This document shows positions 52,245 through 64,000 of a stretch of DNA of 64,000 bases, in pieces; positions within the stretch are counted from its first letter, which is position 1; every line of letters begins with the position of its first letter. The stretch comes from the human T2T-CHM13v2.0 reference genome, Homo sapiens: NCBI RefSeq assembly GCF_009914755.1, contig NC_060941.1, one strand, 5' to 3'. The notes under the pieces are model-generated. The model saw only the letters and a program-made list of their open reading frames with translations, had not been told where the DNA came from and made no database searches. A program made the translations under genes and the position numbers.

Positions 52245-52566
52245 TCAATCATTTGTTCAGCAACTATTTATTGAGCATCTACTACAAGCCTGAGGCTGTG
52301 TGAGGACCTGGGAACAGATCAGGGGGCACAACAGATTTGGTGGCTGCTATTGAAAGCAGCTCTATTCTGGCAGGGAATGGAGACACATCCATTGGTGCAG
52401 CGTCCCTGCTGCACCTGAGCCTGCAGCAGCAAGGAAGGGTTGAGGGCGGGCTTCCTGGAGGAAGTGCTATGGAAGCCAAGGCTTGAGGGATGCATAGAAG
52501 CCGACAGGCTGGGATTGAGGGAGGAGTGAGGTACAAAGGCAGAGTGTTTTCAGGCAGAGGGGACAA
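52245..52566 (-). mobile_element. L2
   Basis: 'ttcagcaactatttattgagcatctact...ggcttcctggaggaagtg...tcaggcagagggga'. Confidence 0.75.
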
Positions 52567-53133
52567 TATTTTCCAAGAAACTGAAGCTCAGAGAAGATGA
52601 GACATTCTAAGTCACATGACTAGGAAATGAGTGGGAGACCAGTTTCTATGCCCTTGGGGTCCCCTGGTGGGAAACTTCACAGGTGAGGAAACTGAGGCAA
52701 TGGTCAACACAAGTCTCCTGATTTTGGGAATCACCCCTCCCCTTAGGAGGATAAACCAATGAGCCAGCCCCTTTCATGGAAAATGATCACCTCTCAGATA
52801 GATTACAGACAGCTGTGGTTATCAATGCTGGTCTAAAAAAGTGATTAGACAGAATTTAAATAATGATTTAGATTAATCATGTGCAAATGACCCTCTGTGG
52901 GGACAAGAAAATAATAAAGAAAGCCAACGTGTTCAGAGCGTTATTACTTACAACCAAGGCCTAGCACATTGTTAATGTTCAATAAATTGCTGAAGGAAGG
53001 AGAGACCCCCCCCCCCCACCAACTTCCTCCATGGAGTCTCAGGCCTCTCCCTCCTCTTTGCACTGGGTAGTGAAACCCCCAAGATCAGATGCAGAGCCCC
53101 CATGCAAAGCCAGGTCAAGGTGTCAAGTGATAG

Positions 53134-53505
53134 GGGCCGAGCTCAGTGGCTCACGCCTGTAATCCCAGGCTGAGGCAGACAGATCACTTGAACCCAGAAG
53201 TTCAAGACCAACTAGGGCAACATAGTGAGATCTCATTTCTACAAAAAATATAAAAATTAGCCGGGTGTGGTGGCGCATGCCTGTAGTCCCAGCTACTCGA
53301 GAGGCTGAGAAGTGAGAGAATGGCTTGAGCCCAGGAGATCAAGGCATCAGTGAGCTGCGATCACACCACTGCACTCCAGCCTAAGTGACAGAGTGAGGCC
53401 CTGTCTCAAAAAAAAAAAAAAAAAAAAAAGAAAAAGAAAAAGAAAAAGAAATAAGAAAAGAAAAGAAAAGAAAAGAAAAGAAAAGAAAAGAAAAGAAAAG
53501 AAAAG
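53134..53505 (+). mobile_element. AluJ with an A22/(AAAAAG)3/(AAAAG)10 tail
   Basis: Alu body 53134-53407; purine-rich tail 53408-53505. Confidence 0.92.
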
Positions 53506-53886
53506 AAACCACTGATAGAAGCCTGGAGCTGAGAGGGGCCTAAGTTCACCTTATCCAACCTGCTCCTTATGTAGAGGGGGAAATTGAAAGCTGCAGACAG
53601 ATGAGGCTGTGTCTAAAGTCCTGAGAGAACTGGTGTCAGAGTAAGAACTAGAAGGAAGAGCTTTAGATTCTTCTGCACTGGCCAGGCCTTGAAAATGCAA
53701 GTATTCTCTTCTAAGGAAAGCAGCCCCAGGCGCTTCCTTGAAAAGTCTGCTCCCACCTCTTGTGCCAGGGGACCTGGTTACCTTGGCAACCACGCTGGGC
53801 CAGGGAGACTGCACTCCAGCCAAAAGCAGTTATGGGTAAGCCAGACACAAGGGAGGCCAGCCAGGGTGTTCCATGTGGATACTGAC

Positions 53887-54792
53887 TGTATCAGTTGTCT
53901 ATTACTGGGTAACAAGTCATCCCAAAACTTAGCGGATTAACACAATAATCACTTTATTATCTCTCATGATTTCTGTGGGTCAGGAATTTGAACAGGCAAC
54001 AGTGGGAACTTATCTCTATTCTCTGATGTCTGGGACCTTGGCTGGGAAGTCAAGAAGCTAGGAACAACTCAACAGTTTGAGGCTGAAATCATCTGGAGGC
54101 ATCTTCACTCACAAGTCAGGTTGTTGATGCCTGTTACTGGCTGGGAACTCAGCTGGACTTCCAACCAGAACATCTCCATGGTATCTAAGTGGGCTAGTTT
54201 GGGCTTCCCACCATCATGGCTGCTGGGTTCCAAGAATGAGAGTCTCCAGGAGAGCTAGGCGGGATTGCATGGCCTTTTTATAATCTCGCCTTAGAAGTCA
54301 CTTCATGTCACCTCTATATATTCTATTGGTCAAGGCAATCACAGAGGTCCTTCCAGGACTGAGGGAGAATAATGTCAAGGTCAGATGGACATCGATATGG
54401 TTTGGCTGTGTCCCCACCCAAATCTCTTCTTGAATTGTAGCTCCCATAATCCCCACGTGTCATGAGAAGGACCCCACCACACATGGTCATTGAATCGTGG
54501 GGCGGGTTTTTCCTGTGCTGTTCTTGTGACAGTAAGTCTCACAGGAGCTGACGGTTTTATAAAGGGCAGTTCCCCTGCACATGCTCTCTTGTCTGCCGCC
54601 ATGTAAGACGTGACTTTCCTCCTCCTTCGCCCTCCGCTGTTATTGTGAGGCCTCCCCCGCCATGTGGAACTGTAAGTCCATTAAACCTCTTTTTCTTTAT
54701 AAATGACCCAGTCTCGTGTGTGTTTTTATTAGCAGCGTGAGAATGGCCTAATACAGATCTGGAAGAGGAGATATTACTGGGGCCATCTTTGC
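53887..54792 (-). mobile_element. MLT1H-like LTR, interrupted by THE1
   Basis: 'tgtatcagttgtctattactgggtaacaa...ccaaaacttag...tctgtgggtcaggaatttg...ctattggtcaa'; resumes 'ggagatattactggggccatcttt'. Confidence 0.8.
54393..54755 (+). mobile_element. THE1 (C-like) solo LTR
   Basis: 'gatatggtttggctgtgtccccacccaaatc...gcagcgtgagaatggcctaataca'. Confidence 0.92.
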
Positions 54793-56222
54793 CCCAGTAA
54801 TCTGCGCCTAAGCAGGGCCTCAGCAATCTACTCAAATTCAGTTATTTTAAGAAGTATATTATTGAGTGCCTGTTATGTGCCAGACAGTGCACTAGGGGAT
54901 CTCCTGTGTCTTGGGGAGTTTGAAGAAAAGTACACAGCAGCTGCTGAGTCACACTAGGGAGAAGCAGACAGAAACAAGTTCATGCGTGGCTGGGGAGTCC
55001 CTGCCTGCAGGCCTTTCCCTCAGAAGCAGCCGCCTTTGTACAGACACAGGTGTCCATCTCCACCCTGGCCCCCAGCAAGGTCAGTGCGTGGGCCATATCA
55101 GTGTGGGTGTGACAACCTGGGGTCTGGCTGACCCTGAGGTCTTGCTATATCATATGTGCAGCATCCCCTGCCCTTGAGTTCACAGGAGGGCAAGGGAGAA
55201 ATTCTGTGTTTATAGCCTGCCATGGAGCAGAGTCGTGGTTCCCCATTTTCCCCTCCTGCTGAGCATGACCCAAAGCCTGCCATCATCTTCCCTTTCCACA
55301 TCCCCACCTGGGCTCCTGCCTCCAAGGCACAGAAGCCTTCTCAGGGTCCTTTCCGGCCCCAGCCTCCCCAGCCTCCTTTCAACCAACTGAATCTCATAGA
55401 AGCAGCTGGTTTTGCTTTTTCCCTCTGTCCCAAAGATTTTCAATCTGCATTGCCATTTTTATTTTCAATGCACCCCCATTAACTCATAAGGGTTCTCAGA
55501 GGCCACCTGATTCTTGCATACACCCAGCCATGGGCAGCTCAATCCAACTCATGTCGTTTGCAGACAGCTGAACCCCTTAGGAGGTTCTGCAATCTCATTC
55601 AAACAACACTAAACTCATCTCTAGATCCCACTGTGCCTCTCTCGCCCCACTGAAATAATTGTGGATTAAAGGAATCTCCCCAGGCAGGACTGGCATTTGT
55701 GCTTATATATAAATAGGGAACCTTCTGAAAAGTTAATTGTGGTGGTGGATTATGGTGGTGACTTCCCAGAGAGAGACAGGGATTGCTTTAATGAAATGAA
55801 TGTGTGCAGTGCAAGGGTTGAGTCTAAGCTGAGGGGTTTGGCAAGGGGCAGGGAGGAAGGGTGGTCTGATCCAGGAGGAACTGTTTAGGAAATGATGATT
55901 TCAGAGAGGAAGGAGGTCAGCGGAAGCTGGATAATTTGTGGCAGAGCAGATCTGATGAGGAGAAAGGCCAGAAGGAAGGGCAAGAGAAAGTAAAGATGAA
56001 GCCGTTAGCATTCCTAGGGGCGGATGAAGGCCAGAGGGCTCCGGAGGGTTAATGGGAAAGGTGGCTGCTGGGCAGCTGCTTCAGGCAGACGCCAAACTGG
56101 AGAGATCTGGGCTCAAAGCAGAAGAGGACCTGCTTCTCCAGCAGACTTGGGGGCAAACAGGTACAACTCTGAGTTGGACTGGAGGGTAGGAAGTAAGGGT
56201 GGAGCAGCAACAAAAGCTGTAA

Positions 56223-56305
56223 CATTCATTCATTCATTCATTCATTCATTCGTTTTTTCAACAATCACTTACTGGGTTTCTACTGTGTGCAAAGCACTGA
56301 ATTAC
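56223..56305 (-). mobile_element. L2 3' end with (ATTC)n
   Basis: (cattc)n-like tract followed by 'caacaatcacttactgggtttctactgtgtgc'. Confidence 0.7.
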
Positions 56306-56827
56306 GCAACTCCCTAGCAGAGGGAATTCCCAGGGTGAGCTGAGGAAGTGACCTTGTGTGCAATCAAAGGTCATCCTCAGCAGAGTGGACTAAGGGGTCC
56401 AGGGAGCCCCCAAGAATGCCACAGAGGGAGGATCTCATTTTGAGGTGTTTGGGAGCCAAGGAGGATAGGTGGCTCTTATAGGGGGCAGGACCCTTTCTGT
56501 CTCACCTACAGCTTAGAAAAGCTGCATCCCTGCTTCCCTCTCCTGTGGCTCCCCAGTGCCATCCGCATCCTGTGCCCCTCCTCACTCTGGGTTTCCAAGT
56601 CCTCTGTGCACGCCTCCCTTCATCTGATGGTCATCTCGTTGGTCTTCTGTCCCCTCTGTCATCGTAGCCTGTCTTGACCCACCCTCCTAAACCCCAAACC
56701 TCGGGCTAGACCTGCCTCTCTATCCATTCAAGGAAGTTACCCCAAGGACTTTCCAACCTGTGCCTCACCCACAAACGGTGGTGCAGCTTGGGAGTGGCCA
56801 TTCCCCTCCTCTTAGAACTCCATGACT

Positions 56828-57032
56828 CAGTGGCTGTCAACTGGGGCAATACTGCCCATCTACTGGACATTTGGAAATGGGGCAGGGGCAGTTGTCGCAA
56901 TGGCCAGGGGGTGCTGCTGGCATTTGGAGCATGGACGCCAAGCGTAACCAGCCCCGTGCAGTGCCCTGCACAGACCCACATGGTGACCAGTCGCCACCCC
57001 CCAATCCCCGAGTTGCCCTGCTGAGAAATATG
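56828..57032 (+). mobile_element. Diverged MER20-like MITE
   Basis: 'cagtggctgtcaactggggcaat...ggacatttggaaatg...gggggtgctgctggcatt...tgctgagaaa'. Confidence 0.7.
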
Positions 57033-58214
57033 AAGCAGGGGCCTTCCCAGCACCCCCTCCTACCCCCACTCTCTCCAGGCTATCAGGGAGCGTGACCTAA
57101 TCACGCATGCCTGGCTCAGCCCCTCTGGCCTCTTGCACTCCTTCTGAGCTGCGGAAAGATTTCCATCCTTGTAGATATCTTGCCCTGCCAGGTGCTGGCT
57201 GCCATTCTGGGGAGTATTTTCAATTCAGCAGGGAGGACACAGCAGCCCCCTGTGGCCCCACAGCTGTGCCAATACAGCTTTTATGGTAATAAGGCTGCAA
57301 TCTTTGAACTCCTGGTTCCAAAGGAGTTTGACGCCAGAGTCCCTCTCTCATCTGGCTCCAAACTCAGAGAAAGGACCACCGTTGTGACTGACCACCAGTG
57401 CTCAAAGCCTAACAGACCCTGCTGGGGAGGTTAGGAGGGTCTGGGCCCGGAGCCTGCAAATCCAACCAGCAAAACCCATCCAGGGCATTTCCAGGAAATG
57501 GGCATTCCCGCCCGTCTCCAACATGAGCACTGGAAACGCTTTTGTGTATCTTCATTATAACCTTCTCTGCCCTGCTGCTTCCCTTGTGCATTGGAGATCA
57601 GGTTTCTGTAGACACCCAGGGCATCATGGGTGCAGCCATGAAGCCCCAGCACCTGAACTGGAAAAAGATTCCTTTTCCTTTGGTCTAAGGACAATGGGGG
57701 AAGGGAGGGCTAAAAACAGGCCTTTGATACACCTGATCGATGTGAGAAAATTGTTCTTTCATTTTAAAATTGCTCTTGGCCATGAGGACATCTGCACCCC
57801 ATGCACCTTTTACAGTTGTTCTGTGTTTGGCTCCAAACCACTAGAAGACAGATTTGTTGGCAGTTCCCAGATGTCCAGGCCAGAACTGCCTCTTCTGACC
57901 TTGGTCAAGGTCAAGGGAAGAACTAGCCTGCCTTCCTCTCCCTTGCAGCTCTTTCTGCTTCTTCCTGGGCAACAGCAAGGGGCTGTGGTGTTTGAAAACT
58001 CACCTGAGAAGAGGTGACACCTGCCATGGAGCTGCTGGTGGAGAGGGAGGCCTCACTGCTCCAGAGAGAGTGAGAAACCAGCCACATTCAACTGCTCAGC
58101 CCTGGTGAGCTTGCCTGAGATTGGAGTCCCCGTCTGTGGCTGTTTGAAAGAGGGCCTCACTTCATAAAGAAGGCAAGCAATCCTTCCTCACCTCCCATCC
58201 ACAGAGGAATCCTG

Positions 58215-58305
58215 GCTACAGCTGGAGCAAGGCTGGGTCAGCTTCCAGACCCTCCAGCTCCAACTCCAGCTCTGGAAGCTGACCCAGCCTTGCTCCAAAT
58301 GTAGC
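58215..58305. repeat. Near-perfect inverted repeat/hairpin (27-bp perfect stem, 21-nt loop)
   Basis: 58223-58249 is the exact reverse complement of 58271-58297; a further 6 bp pair after a 2-nt mismatch. Confidence 0.95.
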
Positions 58306-58621
58306 TTCCAATACACGAGTGTCCACCATGCATCCCAAGCAGGATCTGTGCCATCTTCTGGCCATCACACCCACCCTGACTCTCACTCTCCCTGTGTGCC
58401 TCACTCCAGCCCGGCCCATTGTCCCCGAGTAGATGCTATCCCCAGACAGGAAGGAAGCCCCTCAAGATGCCAGGTGAGTTCGGGTTCAGACCCCAGGCTG
58501 AGCTGCCCGGGCTATGTTGGGGAAACCCTTGGGGCACTGACCAGGAGCCAATTAACCCCCACAAGCCACTCCCAGGGCTCCAGGTGGAAGAACAGACTTA
58601 TCTCCCTGGTCATCCTTTGTC

Positions 58622-58719
58622 TCCATGCTCCAAATGCCAGCAGCACCCCCTCTGCACTGCGACAACTTACCCCTGCCCCATTTCCAAATGCCTGGCACAT
58701 GGGCAACATTGCCCCAATT
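58622..58719 (-). repeat. Inverted copy of 56839-56935
   Basis: About 86% identity, with the first 30 bp identical. Confidence 0.88.
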
Positions 58720-60825
58720 CCTCCCAATGCCTTGCTCTCAGTAGATCCCCTGCCCCTGTGCCCCAGGGGAGGAGAGGGACGGCCGGGGGTGAAGGGCAGA
58801 GGGAGAGACCGACCTCCAGAGCAACTCCTGAGTCCACAGGAACAATCCACCCATCTCGGTGGCTGGAGCCGCCCCCGTGCCCAGCAGGCCCTGTCCTGGC
58901 TCAGCACCGCAGGGGGGCTGCTCCAGGAGCCTCTCCTCTCTCAGCCAGGGAGGCCCACAGCCTAGTGCCGCCTGGGTCTTCAGGGGGTGTGTAGACACCA
59001 GAACACTCAGGCTACCCTGGAGGTATTCTGAACACCTGGGCCAGCCCTGGATTTTTCTTTTCTTTTCGTTTTTTTAACCACTGATGGCATCCTGTCCTCC
59101 CACAGCTCTGTGGAACAGGCAGGGCCAGTGTCACAATCCCATTTTGCAAATGGAAAAACCTGGAGGCGGCCCCTTTACCATTTCCCTTTATAAGGCCCAC
59201 CAGAGCTGGCACAGATGTGAGCTCCTTTTCCATGTGGTCCCTCCTGAAGCTGTGTTCTTCTGCCTCTGGCTGCCTCCCTTTGCTGTTGTGGCTGGGGTTG
59301 GGAGGTGGTTGTGGTGCTGCTGCTCCCAGAGAGCTCCGGGACTCTAGTCTCCTCATCTCTCTTCCCACTGGCTCCAATCCCCACCATCTACTCCAGCACC
59401 AGAAAGACCTGGACCAAAGGAGGTGGGTAAATACAGAGGAAGCAAGGCACAGAAGCCGCTAAGGTGTGAAAACCTTCAGGATCCTGATGATATTCAAACC
59501 CGGAAAGGTCTCCAAGGAGGAAGTGCAAGCCGTATGCTCTCTGAACCATTCCCCATCTTTGCATGTGGCATTTGGCAAAAATCAGGTCGGACTGGACATC
59601 CCCGAGATGGAGAAAAAGAGGTGGAGGATTGGGTTCACTGGGTCTTTGGCAAAATCAGAGAGCCAGGACAGCCTGTCTCCAGGTCACAGAGAGGAGGCAC
59701 CCAGGCCCCATGACAGAGGGTGGGAACTGAGGGTCACAGAATGCCCTTTCCTGAAGAGTCGGCAGGGGCCTCAGGCCAGTCTTTGGGGGCTGCAAGACTC
59801 TGAGTCTCAAGGTACCCGGCGGAGCCCACCACACATGACCTGCACGAGGGACTCGGGAGTCCAGGCCATCGGCCAGGATCCCCGGCGCCCTGCGGTCTGT
59901 CCAGCCCCTGGTTGGAAGTAGAGACGACGTCACCTTGGGCATCAGGGAGGAGAATGATGCACGAGCCAGCACAATAAGTGGAGACAGATCTAGTTTGAGA
60001 GTCTCCGAAGATGATATTACTCAGCAGCCTCACGCTTTTCATCTGGAACTTATTGGAAAACCTCGCTAAGGGGATCAGCTGCCTCCCAGGTTCCGACTCC
60101 CAGCTCCCATCCAATTGGCATTAAGGCCCTTTAAAGTATTACTTCTCGACACCATGAGCATTGTATGTTCCTGACAGGATAAGCCTGCCACAAATTAATA
60201 CCTGGGGCAGATCCTAAAACACAATTCTTCCCGGCTGCAATAATTCCAGCCAACCCCTCTATCTGCGCTGACAGATGCAGTAAATCTTTCATCGTTGCAA
60301 TTCATATTGTTTTTTTCCTCTGGTACCTGAAATAGCCAAGACAATAAACTTTACCTCCTTTTATGATTATCGATGTGCTTATAGGGCACCCATGCTGCCT
60401 GCACCAGCACCGACCCACCCGGGGTCCCATTGAGCCTGTAGGGAAGCGGCTCCCTTTATCCTGCAGGCTCACAAGCCCCATGTGGAGGCTGGAAGAGTTG
60501 GTGGGCTGGTGTCTGGGAGAGACAGAGGTGAGAGGCTCCTGTCTCTGAGAAGCTGAGGGTGGCAGTCAAGGAGGAGGGAGGGGACCTCAGCCCTGAGGTT
60601 GCAGGGAGAGACCAGGGCCAGTGAGGACAGCGGGGAGAGCCTCAGGACACAGAGGTCCTCTGCCTGCCCTTGTGCCGGCCAAGGTACATGAGTGACAAAC
60701 TCTGCCAAGGTCCTCTGTGCAGGGGACTCTGAGAATTGCCATGCGACCTGCCTCATTCCACGTTCTCCTTATTGACAAGCACATCACAGAGAGCCAGATC
60801 TAGGTCCTAGCCCCACAGGCCTTGA

Positions 60826-60898
60826 TTTCTCCATCTGCAAAATGGGATTTGTGACAGGAGCCCTGCCTGTTCCACAGAGCTGCGGGAGGACAGGATGC
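60826..60898 (-). repeat. Inverted copy of 59087-59158 (MIR-derived)
   Basis: About 66/73 identical. Confidence 0.88.
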
Positions 60899-61039
60899 AG
60901 GCTGTACATGGCAAGAAGCCAAAACATGACGTCCAGGGCTGGGCCCAGGTGCCCAGAATGCCTCCAGGGTAGCCTGGACTAAGCAAGTCTGCACATTAGC
61001 AGGTCAGCCCTGCAGGGCCTGGGGGCGTGGAGGCTGCCT

Positions 61040-61814
<775 letters not shown>

Positions 61815-62113
61815 GGAGTTGGGGGTGGTGACTCTGCCTGAGGGGCTCCTAACAGGGCCCACCCCCAGTCATCTTCAGGTCCCCTGCAGTCAGCACTCCC
61901 TCCAAGGACACTTCTCTATCTGTCCCACCCCAAGAACTGCTCAGAGGCAAGGCCATCACCTCGCCCAACTACTCCCTGAAGACTTGGGGTTCCCTACGGA
62001 GTCCAAGGAAGCACAGCTTAGCCCTGAAAACATGCCAGCTGCTCATTTGGCTGAGATGCAGCTGATCCCTATCCACACCTTGGTCACCTGTTCTTAACAA
62101 ACTAGCACCTGCT

Positions 62114-62536
<423 letters not shown>

Positions 62537-64000
62537 TTAGCTGTCACCCTATAGAAGCACATTCCCAAATTGCAGGTAAATTATACATTTGCCTTTTAAG
62601 TAGCACTTTAAGCTGGCAGGGAGACAGATTTCTATCAGTGGTGAATGCCCACCTCGGGCTGCTAGATTTCATGCAGGGTTCGTGTGATGGGTAATAACTC
62701 TCACCTCCCTCCCTTTATGAAGAGACATGGCTCTTGTCTTTCCGCACGGAGGGAACAATAACACACACATCTTGCCCCGAGGTCTCAGAGGCTGCGGGCT
62801 CCTCACCTCCTGGGTCTGGAGCCCACCCACCAGTGCCTTTACTGCCATGGCAACTGCCCGTGGGGCCTGAAAAGGTCCCATCATGACCCCTGTCCGCGGT
62901 GCCCATGCCAAAGCAGCTGCCACTGTTGTTGTGCCCGAGAACACGAGGATATTTGCTTTCCAATAACTGTCCTCCTGTTTAATCGCTGGAGAGAGGTGCT
63001 TTTGTCACCTGCTCTATAAGTAAATGGTCTTGGCATTTTTGGCAACAGGCTCTTCTCAAAGGGGGAGATGCTTCCCCCTGGGCAGGGCTTCTGGAGAGAG
63101 GAGGCCAAGCTGTTTTGCAGAATTCTCCTGGGCATTTGTCCTTCCCGATCTCCTCCCACACTTCCTCAATGGGAGGTGTCTGCTTCCTAACCCCTCTCCA
63201 GATCTCTGAGCCTTGACTGTCCCAGATGACCTCCTTTCCCTCCCCAGCCAGGGCTGAACCCCCCTTCCATGCCATCTCCACTGTGCCTTCTCCTGGGACC
63301 CTGCTGAGGCTGGAGGCTCTGCCACCAGCCTGGGCACTTGGGAGATGAAGTCTATGGTTCTGCTGTCAAAAGCATGAGCACCCCAGGCTGTCTACCATGT
63401 GAAAAGACTTCCCAGAGACTTCTCTGTCCTAGATAAGTTGTGAAAAGCCAAGATCAATTTGCTTCTGAAAATCAGGTAGATCAATATGAATAGCACCATC
63501 TGCTGAGGAGCACGTGTGTCCATGAGCAGTGCATGTGTCCGTGCTCACGCACCCTCGGGGGTGCCCACACCCCCGCTCCCTTCCTCACTCTCCCACCCCC
63601 ACCCTCCCCATCTTATTTGAATCTGCTCACTATTTCCTGACTTAACCCTTTTTTTTCATTTCAGAAGCAACAAGACAGTAAACCTAAATCCCAGGGAAGT
63701 GGCTGTGTGTTCACTCTGAGTGCAGGGGACATTGGGATGTGCAGTTTCTGGGAGGAGGGTCCCCTGCCCTGTGCACCCCCATCTCCAGCCCCACTCTTCT
63801 GCCTCCCAAGCCCCAGGCAAAATCATCAGCCTGTGACTAACTTTGGGGGACTAACATAGCAGCCACCAGGAGGCCAGAGGTCCCAAAGGCTGGGCAGGTG
63901 TCACTGAAGTCCCACTGCCTATCTTAAATCACATCTCTGCCCTCAAGAAGGTATGTGGTGTTGGATGTGGGTGATGAACCCTACCAAGCTTCAAGGTCTT

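Noticed and set aside
58348-58994. 205- and 191-aa ORFs, the first being the longest in the window
   Set aside because: They overlap in different frames, include MER20-derived sequence, and show no domain or splice support.

Overview
Primate genomic DNA, most likely human or another ape (AluJ/S/Y, THE1, MER41B and MER52 elements; CpG-depleted, moderately GC-rich). I see no credible protein-coding gene, CpG island, tRNA or rRNA, and I cannot name the locus from sequence alone. The window is a mosaic of Alus, MIRs, L2/L1M fragments, MaLR/ERV solo LTRs and hAT MITEs. Between these are repeat-free stretches rich in homeodomain motifs that look like enhancers. The most striking signal is repeated short-range copying of local sequence. 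The clearest case is a ~783-bp insertion (39786-40568), bounded by a 14-bp target-site duplication (TSD), that copies the MER41B solo LTR plus unique flanks from 42772-43562. It has exact 'twin-priming' geometry, but no poly(A) tail and no L1 endonuclease site. Other cases: four 45-98-bp near-identical copies 1.4-1.7 kb apart (three inverted, one direct), a multi-switch fold-back at 21935-22116, and a hairpin with a perfect 27-bp stem at 58215-58305. Also present: a polyadenylated, TSD-flanked retrocopy of a MER41 3' end (9804-9878); an LTR-derived minisatellite that amplifies a CCAAT/E-box module (32522-33015); and a probable ancient SINE tail (46531-46594). Repeat family names come from my recall of consensus sequences and should be confirmed with RepeatMasker/Dfam. 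Boundaries of old repeats are approximate, and identity figures are manual counts.
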